64,000 nt of DNA from Patescibacteria group bacterium (GTDB lineage: Bacteria; Patescibacteriota; UBA1384; UBA12157; JAENIV01): positions 1,519 to 65,518 of the forward strand of contig JAMCZU010000035.1 of NCBI GenBank assembly GCA_023485405.1, read 5' to 3'. The notes under the pieces were generated by a model. It searched no databases. It saw only the letters and a list, made by a program, of their open reading frames with translations, and was not told the DNA's origin. The translations under genes and the position numbers were made by a program. Below are positions 51,021-61,990 of the stretch, piece after piece. Numbering within the stretch: position 1 is the stretch's first letter; each line of letters begins with the position of its first letter.

Positions 51021-54000
51021 ATGGCAAATCCCAAAAGAATGAATTTAAACGCAATCAAAGAAAAAAATAAAGTAATTGATTTTGATGCTTTAAAAATTTC
51101 CATTGCCTCCCCGGACCAAATTTTAGATTGGTCTTATGGCGAGGTTTTAAAGCCAGAAACAATCAACTATCGGACTCAAAAACCGGAAAGAGACGGTCTT
51201 TTTGATGAAAGAATTTTCGGACCAACCAAAGATTGGGAATGTTATTGCGGTAAATATAAAAAAATTCGTTACAAAGGTGTTATTTGTGATAAATGTGGGG
51301 TGGAAGTAACGCGCAGCGCCGTCAGGCGCGAAAGAATGGGCCACATTGATTTGTCAGTGCCGGTCACTCATATTTGGTATGTCCATGGTGTGCCTAGCAT
51401 TTTGGGCTTAGTTTTGGATTTATCAACTTCAGAACTGGAAAGAGTGATTTACTTTGCTGGTTTTATGGTTTTGGAAATTAATGAAGATATTCGAAAGAGC
51501 GTCTTAGATCAATTGGAAAAAGAATATAGCGAAGCTAAAGGGAAAGCAGCTGACAATAACATGGATTTAGCTAAAATTGAAGTGGCTTATAAAGCCACCC
51601 GTCAAGAAATCCTTTCGCTAGTACCAAAAATGATTTTAACCGAAAGTAAATATCAAGATCTATCTTTACGTTACGGTCAAATTGTTAAAGTGGGCATTGG
51701 CGCCGAAGCGATTTATGAATATCTAAAAAAGATTGATCTTGCCGAGCTCCATGAAAGTCTTAATAAAGAATTAGAACAAGCCACCTCCGTTAATACCCGA
51801 AAGATTTTAAGACGATTAAAACTTTTAGCGGAAATGAAAAATGCCGGTATTAGACCGGAATGGTTAATTATGACTAGATTACCAGTCTTGCCACCAGATC
51901 TTCGACCAATGGTCCAGCTTGATGGTGGTCGTTTTGCGGCCTCCGACTTAAATGATCTTTATCGTCGAGTGATTAACCGCAATAATCGTTTAAAAAGACT
52001 GCTTTCTTCGGGTGCGCCGGAAGTAATTTGTCGCAACGAAAAAAGAATGTTGCAAGAAGCTGTTGACTCTTTGGTTGATAATTCCGCTCGTCGTGGTCGC
52101 GCGGTTTCCGCCGGGGCAGCTGCTCGAAAACTACGTTCTCTTTCAGATATGCTTCGGGGTAAGCAAGGCCGTTTTCGCCAAAACTTATTGGGTAAACGGG
52201 TAGATTATTCTGGTCGTTCAGTTATTGTCGTTGGACCAAACTTGAAATTAAATCAATGTGGTTTACCTAAAATTATGGCTTTGGAACTTTTTAAACCTTT
52301 TGTGATTTCACGACTGATTAATGAAGGTCATGTTCATAATGTTAAAAATGCAACTCGTTTAATTGAACGAGGTGAAGCCATTGTTTGGGATATTTTGGAA
52401 AAAATTACCAGCAATTATTATGTCATGCTTAACCGTGCTCCTACTTTGCACCGCTTAGGTATTCAAGGTTTTCAACCGGTTTTAATTGAAGGTAAAGCGA
52501 TTCAAGTTCATCCGTTAGTCTGTTATGCTTTTAACGCTGATTTTGATGGTGACCAAATGGCCGTTCATGTACCTTTATCGGTCCAGGCTAAAGAAGAAAC
52601 CAGCCAAATTATGCGTTCTTCGCACAATATCTTAAAACCAGCTTCTGGTGAACCAGTGGTTACTCCTCGTTTGGATATTGTTTTTGGCGCTTATTATTTA
52701 ACAACTCTGCAAGAAGGTGCTTTGGGTGAAGATAAAATTTTTGCTTCTAAAAATGAAGCCATTTTAGCTTATCATCAAGGTTTTGTTCATGTTAGAGCCA
52801 AAATCAAAGTTTATTTTAGAGAAAAAAATGGTCAAGGTCAGTTAATGGAAACTTCTATTGGTAGAATTTTATTTAATAACATTTTACCTGATGGAGTTTC
52901 TTATCAAAATGTGGCCATGGATTCTAAAACTTTGAAAAAATTAATTACAGGTGTATTTGATCGTTTTGGTACGGATGTCACAGCAGAATTAGTGGATAAA
53001 ATTAAAAAAATTGGTTTTGATTATGCCGGTCTTTCTGGTATGACCATTTCAGTAGCAGATATTATTATTCCTTCTTCTAAAGATGGTATTTTGAAAGCCG
53101 GTGATAAAGTTTTAGATGAAATTGATAATCAATATTTAAGAGGTTTAATTACCGATAACGAAAAAGAAATTAAAACCATTGAGCTTTGGAATGGCATTCG
53201 TTCCGAGCTTGAAGGTGAAATGCTTAAAGAATTTGGTCTTAATAACCCAGTTTATTTAATGATTACTTCTGGGGCACGAGGTTCAGTGGCGCAGTTGACG
53301 CAAATGGGTGGAATGAAAGGTCTAGTGGTCAACCCAGCCGGTGAAATTATTCAAGTTCCAATTCGTTCAAACTATAAAGAAGGTTTATCGGTGATTGAGT
53401 ACTTTATTTCGACTCACGGTGCTCGTAAAGGTAAATCAGATACTTCTCTTCGAACTTCTGATGCTGGTTATTTAACCCGTCGTTTGGTTGATGTCGCTCA
53501 TGATATGGTCATCACCACTCATGATTGTGGCACCACTACTGGTTTTGAGCTTAATCGTGAAGAATCTGAATCTTTGGGTGAAAAGCTTAGTACCAGGTTG
53601 GTTGGCCGAATTTCTTTAGAAGATATCAAAGACAAAAATAAAATCATTGTCAAAAAGGGTGAAGAAATTAATGAAGAAAAAGCCGTTTTAATTGAAAACA
53701 GTGGCATTGAAAAAGTCATTGTTCGATCGGTTTTGGAGTGTCGGGCTGAAAGAGGTCTATGCCAAAATTGTTATGGCCGAGATTTGGCCACGGGTAAACT
53801 GGTGGAAATGGGTACCGTCGCGGGTATTATTGCCGCTCAAGCGATTGGTGAACCGGGCACCCAGTTGACAATGAAAACCTTCCATATGGGTGGTATTTCC
53901 GGTGAAGATATTACTTCCGGTTTGCCTCGGGTTGAAGAACTATTTGAGGCACGCACCCCGCGAGTACCAGGAATTTTATCAGAAATTAGCGGTATTGTCA

Positions 54001-54773
54001 GAATTGTTCAAGAAAAAGACAATCAGCATATTGTGGTGACTTCACCAGAATCTCAAGCAGAAGTTCATGATCTAATTGAGGATTATGAACCAACAGTTAA
54101 AAGTGGTGATATTGTAAAATTCCGTCAAGCAATTGCCATTGCGCCAGAGAAAAAAGCCATTAGGGCCGGTCTCGTGGGCAAAGTTAAAATTTCTAAAAAT
54201 AAAATTACCATTGAGTCAACCGAAAAAGTCTCCATTAAATACTCCGTTGCGGCCAGAACAATTATTAAAGTTGAAGATGGTCAAGAAGTGACAAAAGGTC
54301 AAGAATTAACTGAAGGTCATTTGGATTTAGCGGCATCACTTCGACTGCGGGGCAAAGTTCAGACGCAAAAATATATTATTAGAAGTATTCAAGAAATTTA
54401 TGCTTCTCAAGGGCAGGCTATTTCTGATAAACATATTGAAATTATTATTAAAGAAATGTTTTCGAAGATTAAAATTAAGGAATCGGGTGATTCAGAATTC
54501 TTTGCTGGTCAGATTGTGGATGTTTTAGAATTCGATAAGGTTGTTGACGACTTAAAGAAAAAGAATAAAAGACCACCAATCGTCGAAGATCAAGTAATTG
54601 GTATTACCCGCGTGGCTTTAAAGACCGAAAGCTTTTTGTCGGCGGCTTCCTTCCAAGAAACAACCAGCGTTTTAATTGACGCCGCCACCCGTGGCGCGGT
54701 TGATCACTTGCGAGGGCTAAAAGAAAATGTTATAATTGGTAGGCTCATTCCAGCTGGAACGGGTTTAAAGTGA
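51021..54773 (+). CDS. rpoC: DNA-directed RNA polymerase subunit beta'
   Basis: Zinc-binding CYCGKYKKIRYKGVICDKCGV. Catalytic NADFDGDQM. Confidence 0.95.
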   Translation: MANPKRMNLNAIKEKNKVIDFDALKISIASPDQILDWSYGEVLKPETINYRTQKPERDGLFDERIFGPTKDWECYCGKYKKIRYKGVICDKCGVEVTRSAVRRERMGHIDLSVPVTHIWYVHGVPSILGLVLDLSTSELERVIYFAGFMVLEINEDIRKSVLDQLEKEYSEAKGKAADNNMDLAKIEVAYKATRQEILSLVPKMILTESKYQDLSLRYGQIVKVGIGAEAIYEYLKKIDLAELHESLNKELEQATSVNTRKILRRLKLLAEMKNAGIRPEWLIMTRLPVLPPDLRPMVQLDGGRFAASDLNDLYRRVINRNNRLKRLLSSGAPEVICRNEKRMLQEAVDSLVDNSARRGRAVSAGAAARKLRSLSDMLRGKQGRFRQNLLGKRVDYSGRSVIVVGPNLKLNQCGLPKIMALELFKPFVISRLINEGHVHNVKNATRLIERGEAIVWDILEKITSNYYVMLNRAPTLHRLGIQGFQPVLIEGKAIQVHPLVCYAFNADFDGDQMAVHVPLSVQAKEETSQIMRSSHNILKPASGEPVVTPRLDIVFGAYYLTTLQEGALGEDKIFASKNEAILAYHQGFVHVRAKIKVYFREKNGQGQLMETSIGRILFNNILPDGVSYQNVAMDSKTLKKLITGVFDRFGTDVTAELVDKIKKIGFDYAGLSGMTISVADIIIPSSKDGILKAGDKVLDEIDNQYLRGLITDNEKEIKTIELWNGIRSELEGEMLKEFGLNNPVYLMITSGARGSVAQLTQMGGMKGLVVNPAGEIIQVPIRSNYKEGLSVIEYFISTHGARKGKSDTSLRTSDAGYLTRRLVDVAHDMVITTHDCGTTTGFELNREESESLGEKLSTRLVGRISLEDIKDKNKIIVKKGEEINEEKAVLIENSGIEKVIVRSVLECRAERGLCQNCYGRDLATGKLVEMGTVAGIIAAQAIGEPGTQLTMKTFHMGGISGEDITSGLPRVEELFEARTPRVPGILSEISGIVRIVQEKDNQHIVVTSPESQAEVHDLIEDYEPTVKSGDIVKFRQAIAIAPEKKAIRAGLVGKVKISKNKITIESTEKVSIKYSVAARTIIKVEDGQEVTKGQELTEGHLDLAASLRLRGKVQTQKYIIRSIQEIYASQGQAISDKHIEIIIKEMFSKIKIKESGDSEFFAGQIVDVLEFDKVVDDLKKKNKRPPIVEDQVIGITRVALKTESFLSAASFQETTSVLIDAATRGAVDHLRGLKENVIIGRLIPAGTGLK

Positions 54774-54869
54774 ATTTCAAATTAAAAATTTCAAATTTCA
54801 AATCAATTTTAAAATTCGAATTTCGAAATTCATTGAAAATTTAAAATTAAAAATTTAAAATTAAAAAAA

Positions 54870-55286
54870 ATGCCTACAATATCACAACTTTTAAAATATG
54901 GACGCAAGTCTAAACCTAAGAAAACCAAAACCCCCGCTTTGCGGCGCGGTTTTAATTTCTTAAAAAATAAACCGGTGGAATTTGAATGCGGTCGTCCGTT
55001 TATGCGTGGTGTTTGTGTTAAAGTAACGACGGTCACACCAAAAAAACCAAACTCGGCGCTTAGAAAAATTGCGAGAGTGCGTTTGACTTCCGGTCAAGAA
55101 GTAACGGCCTATATTCCAGGTGAAGGCCATAATTTGCAGGAGCACTCAGTGGTTTTAATTCGAGGTGGTCGAGTTAAGGATTTGCCTGGTGTTAGATATC
55201 ATGTGATTCGTGGCAAGTTTGATACCGGTGGCGTCGAAAATCGTAAACAAGGCCGATCTAAATATGGTTCAAAGAAAGGGAAGTAA
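54870..55286 (+). CDS. rpsL: 30S ribosomal protein S12, with an insertion of about 12 aa near the N-terminus
   Basis: [10 protein letters not shown]...[25 protein letters not shown]. Confidence 0.9.
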   Translation: MPTISQLLKYGRKSKPKKTKTPALRRGFNFLKNKPVEFECGRPFMRGVCVKVTTVTPKKPNSALRKIARVRLTSGQEVTAYIPGEGHNLQEHSVVLIRGGRVKDLPGVRYHVIRGKFDTGGVENRKQGRSKYGSKKGK

Positions 55287-55756
55287 TGCGCGGAAAAAGA
55301 GCAACTAAAAGAAAATTAAAAGGTGATCCAAAATATCAATCAGTTACGGTTGAAAAGTTTATTAATAAAATCATGCTTCGGGGTCAAAAAGAAACAGCCC
55401 GGAATCTGGTTTACCATGCTTTTGATATTTTAAAAGATAAAACTCAAAAAGAACCATTAGAAGTTTTTGAAGCCTCTCTAAAAAATACATCACCTTTATT
55501 GGAAGTAAGACCTAAACGAATTGGAGGAGCAACTTATCAAGTACCAATGGAAGTGGCACCTTCTAGACGCGAAACTTTAGCGATGCGTTGGATTATTAAT
55601 GCAGCGCGCAAACGTTCAGGTGCCGCTTTTGATAAAATTATTGCCGAAGAACTCTTTGCCGCTTATGAAAATACCGGTGTCGCAATTAAACAAAAAGAAA
55701 ATATGCATAAAATGGCCGAAGCCAACAAGGCCTTTGCTCATTACGCCAGGTTCTAA
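55286..55756 (+). CDS. rpsG: 30S ribosomal protein S7
   Basis: taATG overlap with rpsL. S7 signature regions present. Confidence 0.9.
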   Translation: MRGKRATKRKLKGDPKYQSVTVEKFINKIMLRGQKETARNLVYHAFDILKDKTQKEPLEVFEASLKNTSPLLEVRPKRIGGATYQVPMEVAPSRRETLAMRWIINAARKRSGAAFDKIIAEELFAAYENTGVAIKQKENMHKMAEANKAFAHYARF

Positions 55757-55847
55757 AGTTCTAAAATTTTATTTGACAAAAAAATAGTATTTTGAAATAC
55801 TATAATTAGTTAAAAAATCCCGACTAAGTCGGATTTAAGGAGGTCGA

Positions 55848-56117
55848 ATGGACTACACTATTACACCTAATGCAGCCGATGTCGCCGCAGGCACAGCAGC
55901 TGTTGGTTTGGGGATTGGTATGATTCTTTTTTGGGTGTTGTTTGTTGGTGTTGGCGCCGTCATCTGGATTTGGGCATTGGTTGACGTGATTCGTCGTCAA
56001 TTTACCAATTCAAACGACAAGACTTTGTGGCTGATTATTGTCATTCTGCTTGGTTGGATCGGTGGCATTGTTTATCTTCTGGTTGGTCGCAAAAAAGGCA
56101 CCATTCCTGGTAAGTAA
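55848..56117 (+). CDS. Small membrane protein with a PLD-nuclease N-terminal (PLDc_N) domain, inserted in the str operon
   Basis: AAGGAGG RBS. DVIRR...WLIIVILLGWIGGIVYLLVGRK is typical of the cardiolipin-synthase N-terminal domain. Confidence 0.55.
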   Translation: MDYTITPNAADVAAGTAAVGLGIGMILFWVLFVGVGAVIWIWALVDVIRRQFTNSNDKTLWLIIVILLGWIGGIVYLLVGRKKGTIPGK

Positions 56118-56143
56118 ACATTTTTGTGTACACAAAAACCAAA

Positions 56144-56170
56144 AATCCCACTTCCAAGGTGGGATTTTTT
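56144..56170 (+). terminator. Intrinsic terminator atcccacttccaaggtgggat plus T6
   Basis: 7-bp stem followed by a T-run. Confidence 0.7.
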
Positions 56171-56246
56171 GGCAATTAGTATTGACAGTAATTTATTTTT
56201 TTTGCTATAATACTTTGTAAATACTTCAAAAGGAGGTAGTCAACCA

Positions 56247-56639
56247 TTGGCCATCATTCAGCTAGATACAAAAAATCAAAAAACCTATGCAGTATTTAAT
56301 ATTCCAAAAGGGTATAGGTATAACCTTGATGAGTTAACTCATTTAAAAGGACGAATTATCCTTTCTTCCAAACCAGACGTGATGATTGGGGATGGAATTT
56401 GTGTTATTAGCGGCGCCATGAAGTTTGTTCTTGACAATATGGCTGAAGGCAACAGTGTATTCGAAGTTGATGTTGTCGAGAGCAATAGAAGGCAAACTGA
56501 AGATGATCCATATTGGTTCTGTCCCAAAGTCACCCTTCCGCTGGTAGTCTCAACTGATAATGCCGAGATTCGTGCCTCGGTTAGAGCGAAGCTCGAGGTA
56601 ATTGAGCAGCAGGCTAGATCTGCTCGTGAGCTGATCTAG
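56247..56639 (+). CDS. Hypothetical protein (130 aa), TTG start
   Basis: GGAGG RBS. TGcTATAAT promoter at 56196-56204. Followed by the terminator at 56655-56690. Confidence 0.5.
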   Translation: MAIIQLDTKNQKTYAVFNIPKGYRYNLDELTHLKGRIILSSKPDVMIGDGICVISGAMKFVLDNMAEGNSVFEVDVVESNRRQTEDDPYWFCPKVTLPLVVSTDNAEIRASVRAKLEVIEQQARSARELI

Positions 56640-56654
56640 CCGATCTTTAACAAG

Positions 56655-56690
56655 ACGTCCTGGCGTATATCAGGACGTCTTTTTTATAGG
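56655..56690 (+). terminator. Intrinsic terminator gacgtcctg...caggacgtc plus T6
   Basis: 9-bp stem followed by a T-run. Confidence 0.7.
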
Positions 56691-56710
56691 GTGTCTCCTA
56701 ACCTTAAAAA

Positions 56711-56729
56711 TTGAACCCCAGGGGTTCAA
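56711..56729. repeat. REP-like palindrome ttgaaccccaggggttcaa, sharing the CCCCAGGGG core with the RAYT-flanking hairpins
   Basis: Perfect 8-bp inverted repeat around cag. Confidence 0.5.
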
Positions 56730-56808
56730 TTTGGGTTCTGTGCTGGTTAAAAAAATCCCCGTAGCTTTTGAGACTACGGGGCATGAATTCAGAAAGGGTT
56801 ATTTGCAT

Positions 56809-57024
56809 TTAACCAACCCCGGGAATGCGAATGGGTGCGAAGGGATTGCGTGGTGGGTCTCCTCTTTTTCTGAAATGTCGAGCATGAGCTTGCCAAGTGT
56901 GATCGCATAGCTTGCAAGTAATGACAAACTCATTTTCCTTTTTTGCTGGCTTAATCTCGGCTTCTTCTAGACCAATGTCTTTTTTGCATTTCGGACACAT
57001 AATTACATTTGGACTTTCATTCAT
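56809..57024 (-). CDS. Small zinc-ribbon protein (71 aa; CPKC...CKLC), GC-rich
   Basis: AAAGGAGGTG RBS at the internal ATG (MNESP). Terminator hairpin ccccgtag...ctacgggg plus T7 on the minus strand at 56757-56790. Confidence 0.5.
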   Translation of the reverse strand: MNESPNVIMCPKCKKDIGLEEAEIKPAKKENEFVITCKLCDHTWQAHARHFRKRGDPPRNPFAPIRIPGVG

Positions 57025-57302
57025 TTTCGTCACCTCCTTTAGATGGATTATATCAGAATAATATAAAAACTTCCACCTCGTAGGTGGCGGAGGGTTAAGG
57101 TCTCTTGAAAACCGTAAATATTTTGTTATAATCAATTTTGAGGGGATTTATTTTTTTAGTATTACGATAATTTAATGATAGGATTTAAAAATGGCACGAG
57201 AGTATTCTTTAGACCCAACCTACACTCTTACTGAAAAAGGGACTACGTCCTCTACTTTCAGTGCGAGTTTCGGCGGGCAAGAAAAACTAATTGGAGGTTG
57301 CT

Positions 57303-59399
57303 GTGGCGCGTGAGTATAGCTTGGAAAAGACTCGTAACTTCGGTATTATTGCCCACATTGACGCCGGTAAAACCACGGTCAGTGAGCGGATTTTGTTTTA
57401 TACCGGAAAAACTTATAAAATTGGTGAGGTTCACGAAGGTGAAGCAGTAATGGACTGGATGGAGCAAGAACAAGAACGGGGCATTACTATCACTTCCGCC
57501 GCGACTACTTGTTTTTGGGCTACTCGTGATAATCCAAATGAAAAATTTAGATTTAATATTATTGATACTCCAGGCCACATTGATTTTACGGCCGAAGTCC
57601 AGCGATCTCTGAGAGTGCTCGATGGCGCCGTTGTGGTTTTTGATGGTGTCGCGGGTGTTGAACCACAATCGGAAACAGTTTGGCACCAAGCGGATAAATT
57701 TGAAGTACCACGGATTTGTTTTATTAATAAGCTTGATCGAATGGGCGCTGATTTTGACAAAGCTTTTGCTTCAATTAAAGATCGTTTAACCGACAACGCC
57801 GTGGCAATGCAAATTCCTAATGGGAGCGAAGATCAACTGACAGAAGTAATTGATCTTTTGAAAATGAAATCTTATGAATTTTTGGGTGATAAAGGTCAGG
57901 AAGTAAAAGAAAAAGAAATTCCGGCTGAATTTAAAGAAAAAGCCGAAAAATTGCACCAAGTTTTAGTTGAAAGAATTAGTGAACAAGACGATGCGCTTTT
58001 AGAAAAATATCTTGAAGGAACTAAGCCGGAAGTTGAAGAACTAAAAATGGCGCTGCGAAAAGCTACTATTGCTAATAAATTAGTGCCGGTTTTTTGTGGC
58101 ACCGCTTTAAAAAATAAAGGGGTCCAACCGATGCTTGATGCGGTGATTGATTATTTACCTTCACCTTTGGACATTCCGCCGGTGAGTGGTATTAAACCTG
58201 GTACCGAAGAGGTAATTGAAAGAAAAACCGATGATAATGAACCGTTTGCCGCTTTGGCTTTTAAAGTCGCCGCTGATCCATTTGTAGGTACCTTAACCTT
58301 CTTTCGAGTTTATTCAGGAACCTTAAAATCTGGTTCATATGTTTTAAATTCAAGTAAAGATAAAAAAGAAAGAATTGGCCGAATCATGAGGCTTCATGCC
58401 AATCACCGCGAAGAAGTGCCAGAAGTTTATGCTGGAGAAATTGCGGCCGCCGTTGGCCTAAAAGATACTTTTACCAGTGATACTTTATGTGACGAAAAAA
58501 ATCCAATTATATTAGAAACGATCTCTTTTCCAGATCCGGTTATTTCGGTGGCGATTGAGCCAAAAACTAAATCTGACCAGGAAAAAATGGGTATTGCCCT
58601 TAATCGTTTAGCTCAAGAAGACCCCACTTTTCAAATTAGTAGCAATCATGAAACTGGTCAAACAATTATTGCGGGCATGGGTGAACTTCATTTGGAAATT
58701 ATTGTTGATCGAATGAAGCGAGAATTTAAGGTAGAAGCTAATGTCGGTGCGCCGCAAGTGGCTTATAAAGAAACGATTAAATCAGCGGTTAAGCAAGAAG
58801 GAAAATATATTCGTCAAACCGGTGGTCGGGGACAGTATGGTCATGTTTGGATTGAAATCCAACCACGTGAGCCCGGTGAAGGTTTTGAATTTATTGATAA
58901 AATTGTTGGTGGCACCATTCCTAAAGAATTTATCCCGGCCGTGGAAAAAGGAATTAAAGAGGCTTTGGGTAAAGGGGTGATTGCGGGTTATCCGTTAGTA
59001 GATTTATCAGCCACTCTTTACGATGGCTCTTTTCACGATGTTGATTCTTCAGAACTTGCTTTCCAAATTGCTGGTTCAATGGCGTTACAAGATGGGGTTA
59101 AAAAAGCAAATCCGGTTTTACTGGAACCAATTATGAAAGTGGAAGTGGTTACTCCTGAAGAATTTATGGGTGATGTTTTGGGGGATTTGAATTCAAAACG
59201 ATGCCATATTGAAAAATTGTCCGAGCGAGCCAAATCAAAAGTCATTGACGCCATGGTCCCATTGGCAGAAATGTTTGGTTATTCGACCAGTCTTCGGTCT
59301 CTGACTCAAGGACGTGCTTCTTACACGATGGAATTTGATCATTATAATGAAGTACCTTCTCATATTGCGCAAAAATTAATTGAAGGCAAAACAAAATAA
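57303..59399 (+). CDS. fusA: Elongation factor G. GTG start with a GGAGG RBS; the ORF track starts at TTG 57291.
   Basis: G domain [24 protein letters not shown] domains II to V. Confidence 0.95.
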   Translation: MAREYSLEKTRNFGIIAHIDAGKTTVSERILFYTGKTYKIGEVHEGEAVMDWMEQEQERGITITSAATTCFWATRDNPNEKFRFNIIDTPGHIDFTAEVQRSLRVLDGAVVVFDGVAGVEPQSETVWHQADKFEVPRICFINKLDRMGADFDKAFASIKDRLTDNAVAMQIPNGSEDQLTEVIDLLKMKSYEFLGDKGQEVKEKEIPAEFKEKAEKLHQVLVERISEQDDALLEKYLEGTKPEVEELKMALRKATIANKLVPVFCGTALKNKGVQPMLDAVIDYLPSPLDIPPVSGIKPGTEEVIERKTDDNEPFAALAFKVAADPFVGTLTFFRVYSGTLKSGSYVLNSSKDKKERIGRIMRLHANHREEVPEVYAGEIAAAVGLKDTFTSDTLCDEKNPIILETISFPDPVISVAIEPKTKSDQEKMGIALNRLAQEDPTFQISSNHETGQTIIAGMGELHLEIIVDRMKREFKVEANVGAPQVAYKETIKSAVKQEGKYIRQTGGRGQYGHVWIEIQPREPGEGFEFIDKIVGGTIPKEFIPAVEKGIKEALGKGVIAGYPLVDLSATLYDGSFHDVDSSELAFQIAGSMALQDGVKKANPVLLEPIMKVEVVTPEEFMGDVLGDLNSKRCHIEKLSERAKSKVIDAMVPLAEMFGYSTSLRSLTQGRASYTMEFDHYNEVPSHIAQKLIEGKTK

Positions 59400-59428
59400 G
59401 CGTATACTAAAGTTGAGGAAGGTGGAAA

Positions 59429-60319
59429 ATGGACTATTTTAAAATTCTTAAAAAGGCTTTGGCAATTTCGCTTAAAAATCGGTATCTTTGGATTTTTGGA
59501 ATCCTGATTGGTGGAGCCGGTGGTAGTTTTGGTAGCTCTTTTTCCAATTCAAGTAGTTATTCTGATAAATGGGATCAATATTTTAATCAAGTTTCTTGGA
59601 ATAATTTTTGGTCTATTTATGGTAGTATTATTCTTTTAATTCTTGGTATCATTCTAGTTTTAGGTTTCTTTTGGGCAATTCTTTCAGTGGTTGCTCAAGG
59701 AGCAATTTTGGGGTCAGTGGAAAAAATTGAAAAAGGCCAAAAACACAATTTTTGGGAAGGTTTACGTTTTGGTTGGCACAAGTTTTGGCGTGTTTTTGGG
59801 GTTGGTTTGTCCTTATTTTTAATTGTTTTACTTTCTGTTATTGTTTTAGTTTTACCAATTATTATTTTTGCCGTCGCCAAAATTTATGTACTGGCAGTAA
59901 TTTATGGTATTTTCGTCTTTTTACTCGACTTAGTCTTATGGTTATTCTTAGGTGTGGTGGCGCCTTATATTCAACGATTAGCCGTTTTAGGCGACATTGG
60001 TGCTTTAGAAGCAATTTTTTCTTCATGGGAATTTTTCCGTAAAAATTGGAAAGATATATTAGTAGTTTACTTGCTTTTGATGGCCACTGGTATCGCTGCT
60101 AGCCTTGCTTTAATCTTAGTTGTTCTAATTATTGGTGGCTTACTTTTTGCGATTGGTTTTGGTCTGTATTTGGCTTCAATGGCTATTTTCTGGATGTATA
60201 TTGCTGTTTTTGGCTTTGCTTTTATTGTTTTAATGCTAATTTTAGGTGGGGTAATTAAAACCTTTACTTCTTCAGTTTTAACCTTAACATACCTAGAATT
60301 AACCAAAAAAGCTGCTTAA
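59429..60319 (+). CDS. Polytopic membrane protein (296 aa, Gly/Ser-rich N-terminal segment), hypothetical, inserted between fusA and tuf
   Basis: GAGGAAGGTGG RBS. Six or more hydrophobic helices. Confidence 0.55.
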   Translation: MDYFKILKKALAISLKNRYLWIFGILIGGAGGSFGSSFSNSSSYSDKWDQYFNQVSWNNFWSIYGSIILLILGIILVLGFFWAILSVVAQGAILGSVEKIEKGQKHNFWEGLRFGWHKFWRVFGVGLSLFLIVLLSVIVLVLPIIIFAVAKIYVLAVIYGIFVFLLDLVLWLFLGVVAPYIQRLAVLGDIGALEAIFSSWEFFRKNWKDILVVYLLLMATGIAASLALILVVLIIGGLLFAIGFGLYLASMAIFWMYIAVFGFAFIVLMLILGGVIKTFTSSVLTLTYLELTKKAA

Positions 60320-60466
60320 GATCTTGACGGATAAGATATCTTTTGCTAATATAAAGGCCGAGGGAATTTTTTTAAGTTTCCTCAAAAATTGTTGACTTAT
60401 CTTAATTATTAAGGTACAATAATAGAGTAAATTAAACAAAATTAAATTTATTAAAAGAGGTACAAA

Positions 60467-61648
60467 ATGGCAGACAAATTTGAGCGCACAAAACCCCATG
60501 TTAATGTGGGTACTATTGGTCACGTTGACCACGGTAAAACAACTTTAACCGCGGCTATTTTAAAAGTTCAGGCAAAAAAGGGTTTAGCCCAACAGCGATC
60601 AGTTGACCAGATTGATAACGCACCTGAAGAAAAAGAACGCGGGATTACCATTGCAACCTGTCACGTTGAATACGAGACCGAAAAAAGACATTACGCTCAT
60701 GTTGACTGTCCGGGTCACGCTGACTATGTGAAAAATATGATTACTGGTGCAGCTCAAATGGATGGCGCCATCTTAGTTGTTTCGGCTGCCGATGGCCCAA
60801 TGCCTCAAACCAGAGAGCATATTCTTTTAGCTCATCAAGTTGGTGTGCCAAATATTGTCGTTTATTTAAATAAAGTTGACCAAGTCTCTGATAAAGAGCT
60901 TTTGGATCTAGTCGAAATGGAAGTTCGTGATCTTTTGAAGAAATATGAATTTCCAGGTGATGAAGTACCGATTATCAAAGGTTCAGCCTTGAAAGTGATG
61001 GAAGGTGATGCTGAAGCAGAAAAATCAATTGACGAATTAATGGATGCTTTGGATTCTTATATTCCTGAACCAAAAAGAGAGATTGAAAAACCATTCTTAC
61101 TGGCAGTTGAAGATGTTTTCTCGATTAAAGGACGCGGCACTGTCGCGACTGGCCGAATTGAACGTGGTAAGGTAAAAGTCAACGAAGAAGTGGAAATTGT
61201 CGGGCTAAAACCAACCAAGAAAGTTATTGTGACTGGTGTCGAGATGTTTAAAAAACAACTTGATGAAGGTCTTGCTGGTGACAATGTTGGAGTCCTGCTT
61301 CGTGGCGTTGAACGTGAAGATATCGAACGTGGTCAAGTGATTGTTAAACCTGGTTCAATTACTCCTCATACCGAATTTGAAAGTGAAGTTTATATTTTAA
61401 CCAAAGAGGAAGGTGGTCGTCATACGCCATTTTTCAAAGGTTACAAACCACAATTCTATATTCGAACAACCGATGTTACTGGTGAAGTAGAATTACCAGC
61501 TGATACCGAAATGGTGATGCCAGGCGATACGATTAAGTTTAAAGTCAAATTACTCCAACAAGTAGCGATGGAAGAAGGGATGCGTTTTGCGATTCGTGAA
61601 GGTGGCAAAACTGTTGGCGCGGGTATTGTGACTAAAATTGACAAATAA
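60467..61648 (+). CDS. tuf: Elongation factor Tu
   Basis: [25 protein letters not shown]. Full-length EF-Tu. Confidence 0.95.
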   Translation: MADKFERTKPHVNVGTIGHVDHGKTTLTAAILKVQAKKGLAQQRSVDQIDNAPEEKERGITIATCHVEYETEKRHYAHVDCPGHADYVKNMITGAAQMDGAILVVSAADGPMPQTREHILLAHQVGVPNIVVYLNKVDQVSDKELLDLVEMEVRDLLKKYEFPGDEVPIIKGSALKVMEGDAEAEKSIDELMDALDSYIPEPKREIEKPFLLAVEDVFSIKGRGTVATGRIERGKVKVNEEVEIVGLKPTKKVIVTGVEMFKKQLDEGLAGDNVGVLLRGVEREDIERGQVIVKPGSITPHTEFESEVYILTKEEGGRHTPFFKGYKPQFYIRTTDVTGEVELPADTEMVMPGDTIKFKVKLLQQVAMEEGMRFAIREGGKTVGAGIVTKIDK

Positions 61649-61672
61649 AAATAACATTAAACGTTAGTAAAA

Positions 61673-61990
61673 ATGCAGAAGAAAAATTCTCAAAAGATAA
61701 GGATTAGACTGAAAGCTTACGACCATCGGATTATTGATAAATCTTCAGCGAAGATTATTGAAACAGCCGAAAGAACTGGTGCCGTTGTTTCTGGGCCAAT
61801 TCCACTACCCACCGAAAAAAGTAAGGTCACGGTTTTAAAGTCACCATTTGTTCATAAAGATAGTCGTGAACAATTCGAAATGAGAATTCACAAACGTTTA
61901 ATTGATGTGATGGATCCTTCACCAAAGACGATTGATTCACTAATGAGTCTTGATTTACCAGCTGGTGTGGATATCGAAATCAAGACTTAA
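61673..61990 (+). CDS. rpsJ: 30S ribosomal protein S10
   Basis: [14 protein letters not shown]...SGPIPLPT. Confidence 0.9.
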   Translation: MQKKNSQKIRIRLKAYDHRIIDKSSAKIIETAERTGAVVSGPIPLPTEKSKVTVLKSPFVHKDSREQFEMRIHKRLIDVMDPSPKTIDSLMSLDLPAGVDIEIKT

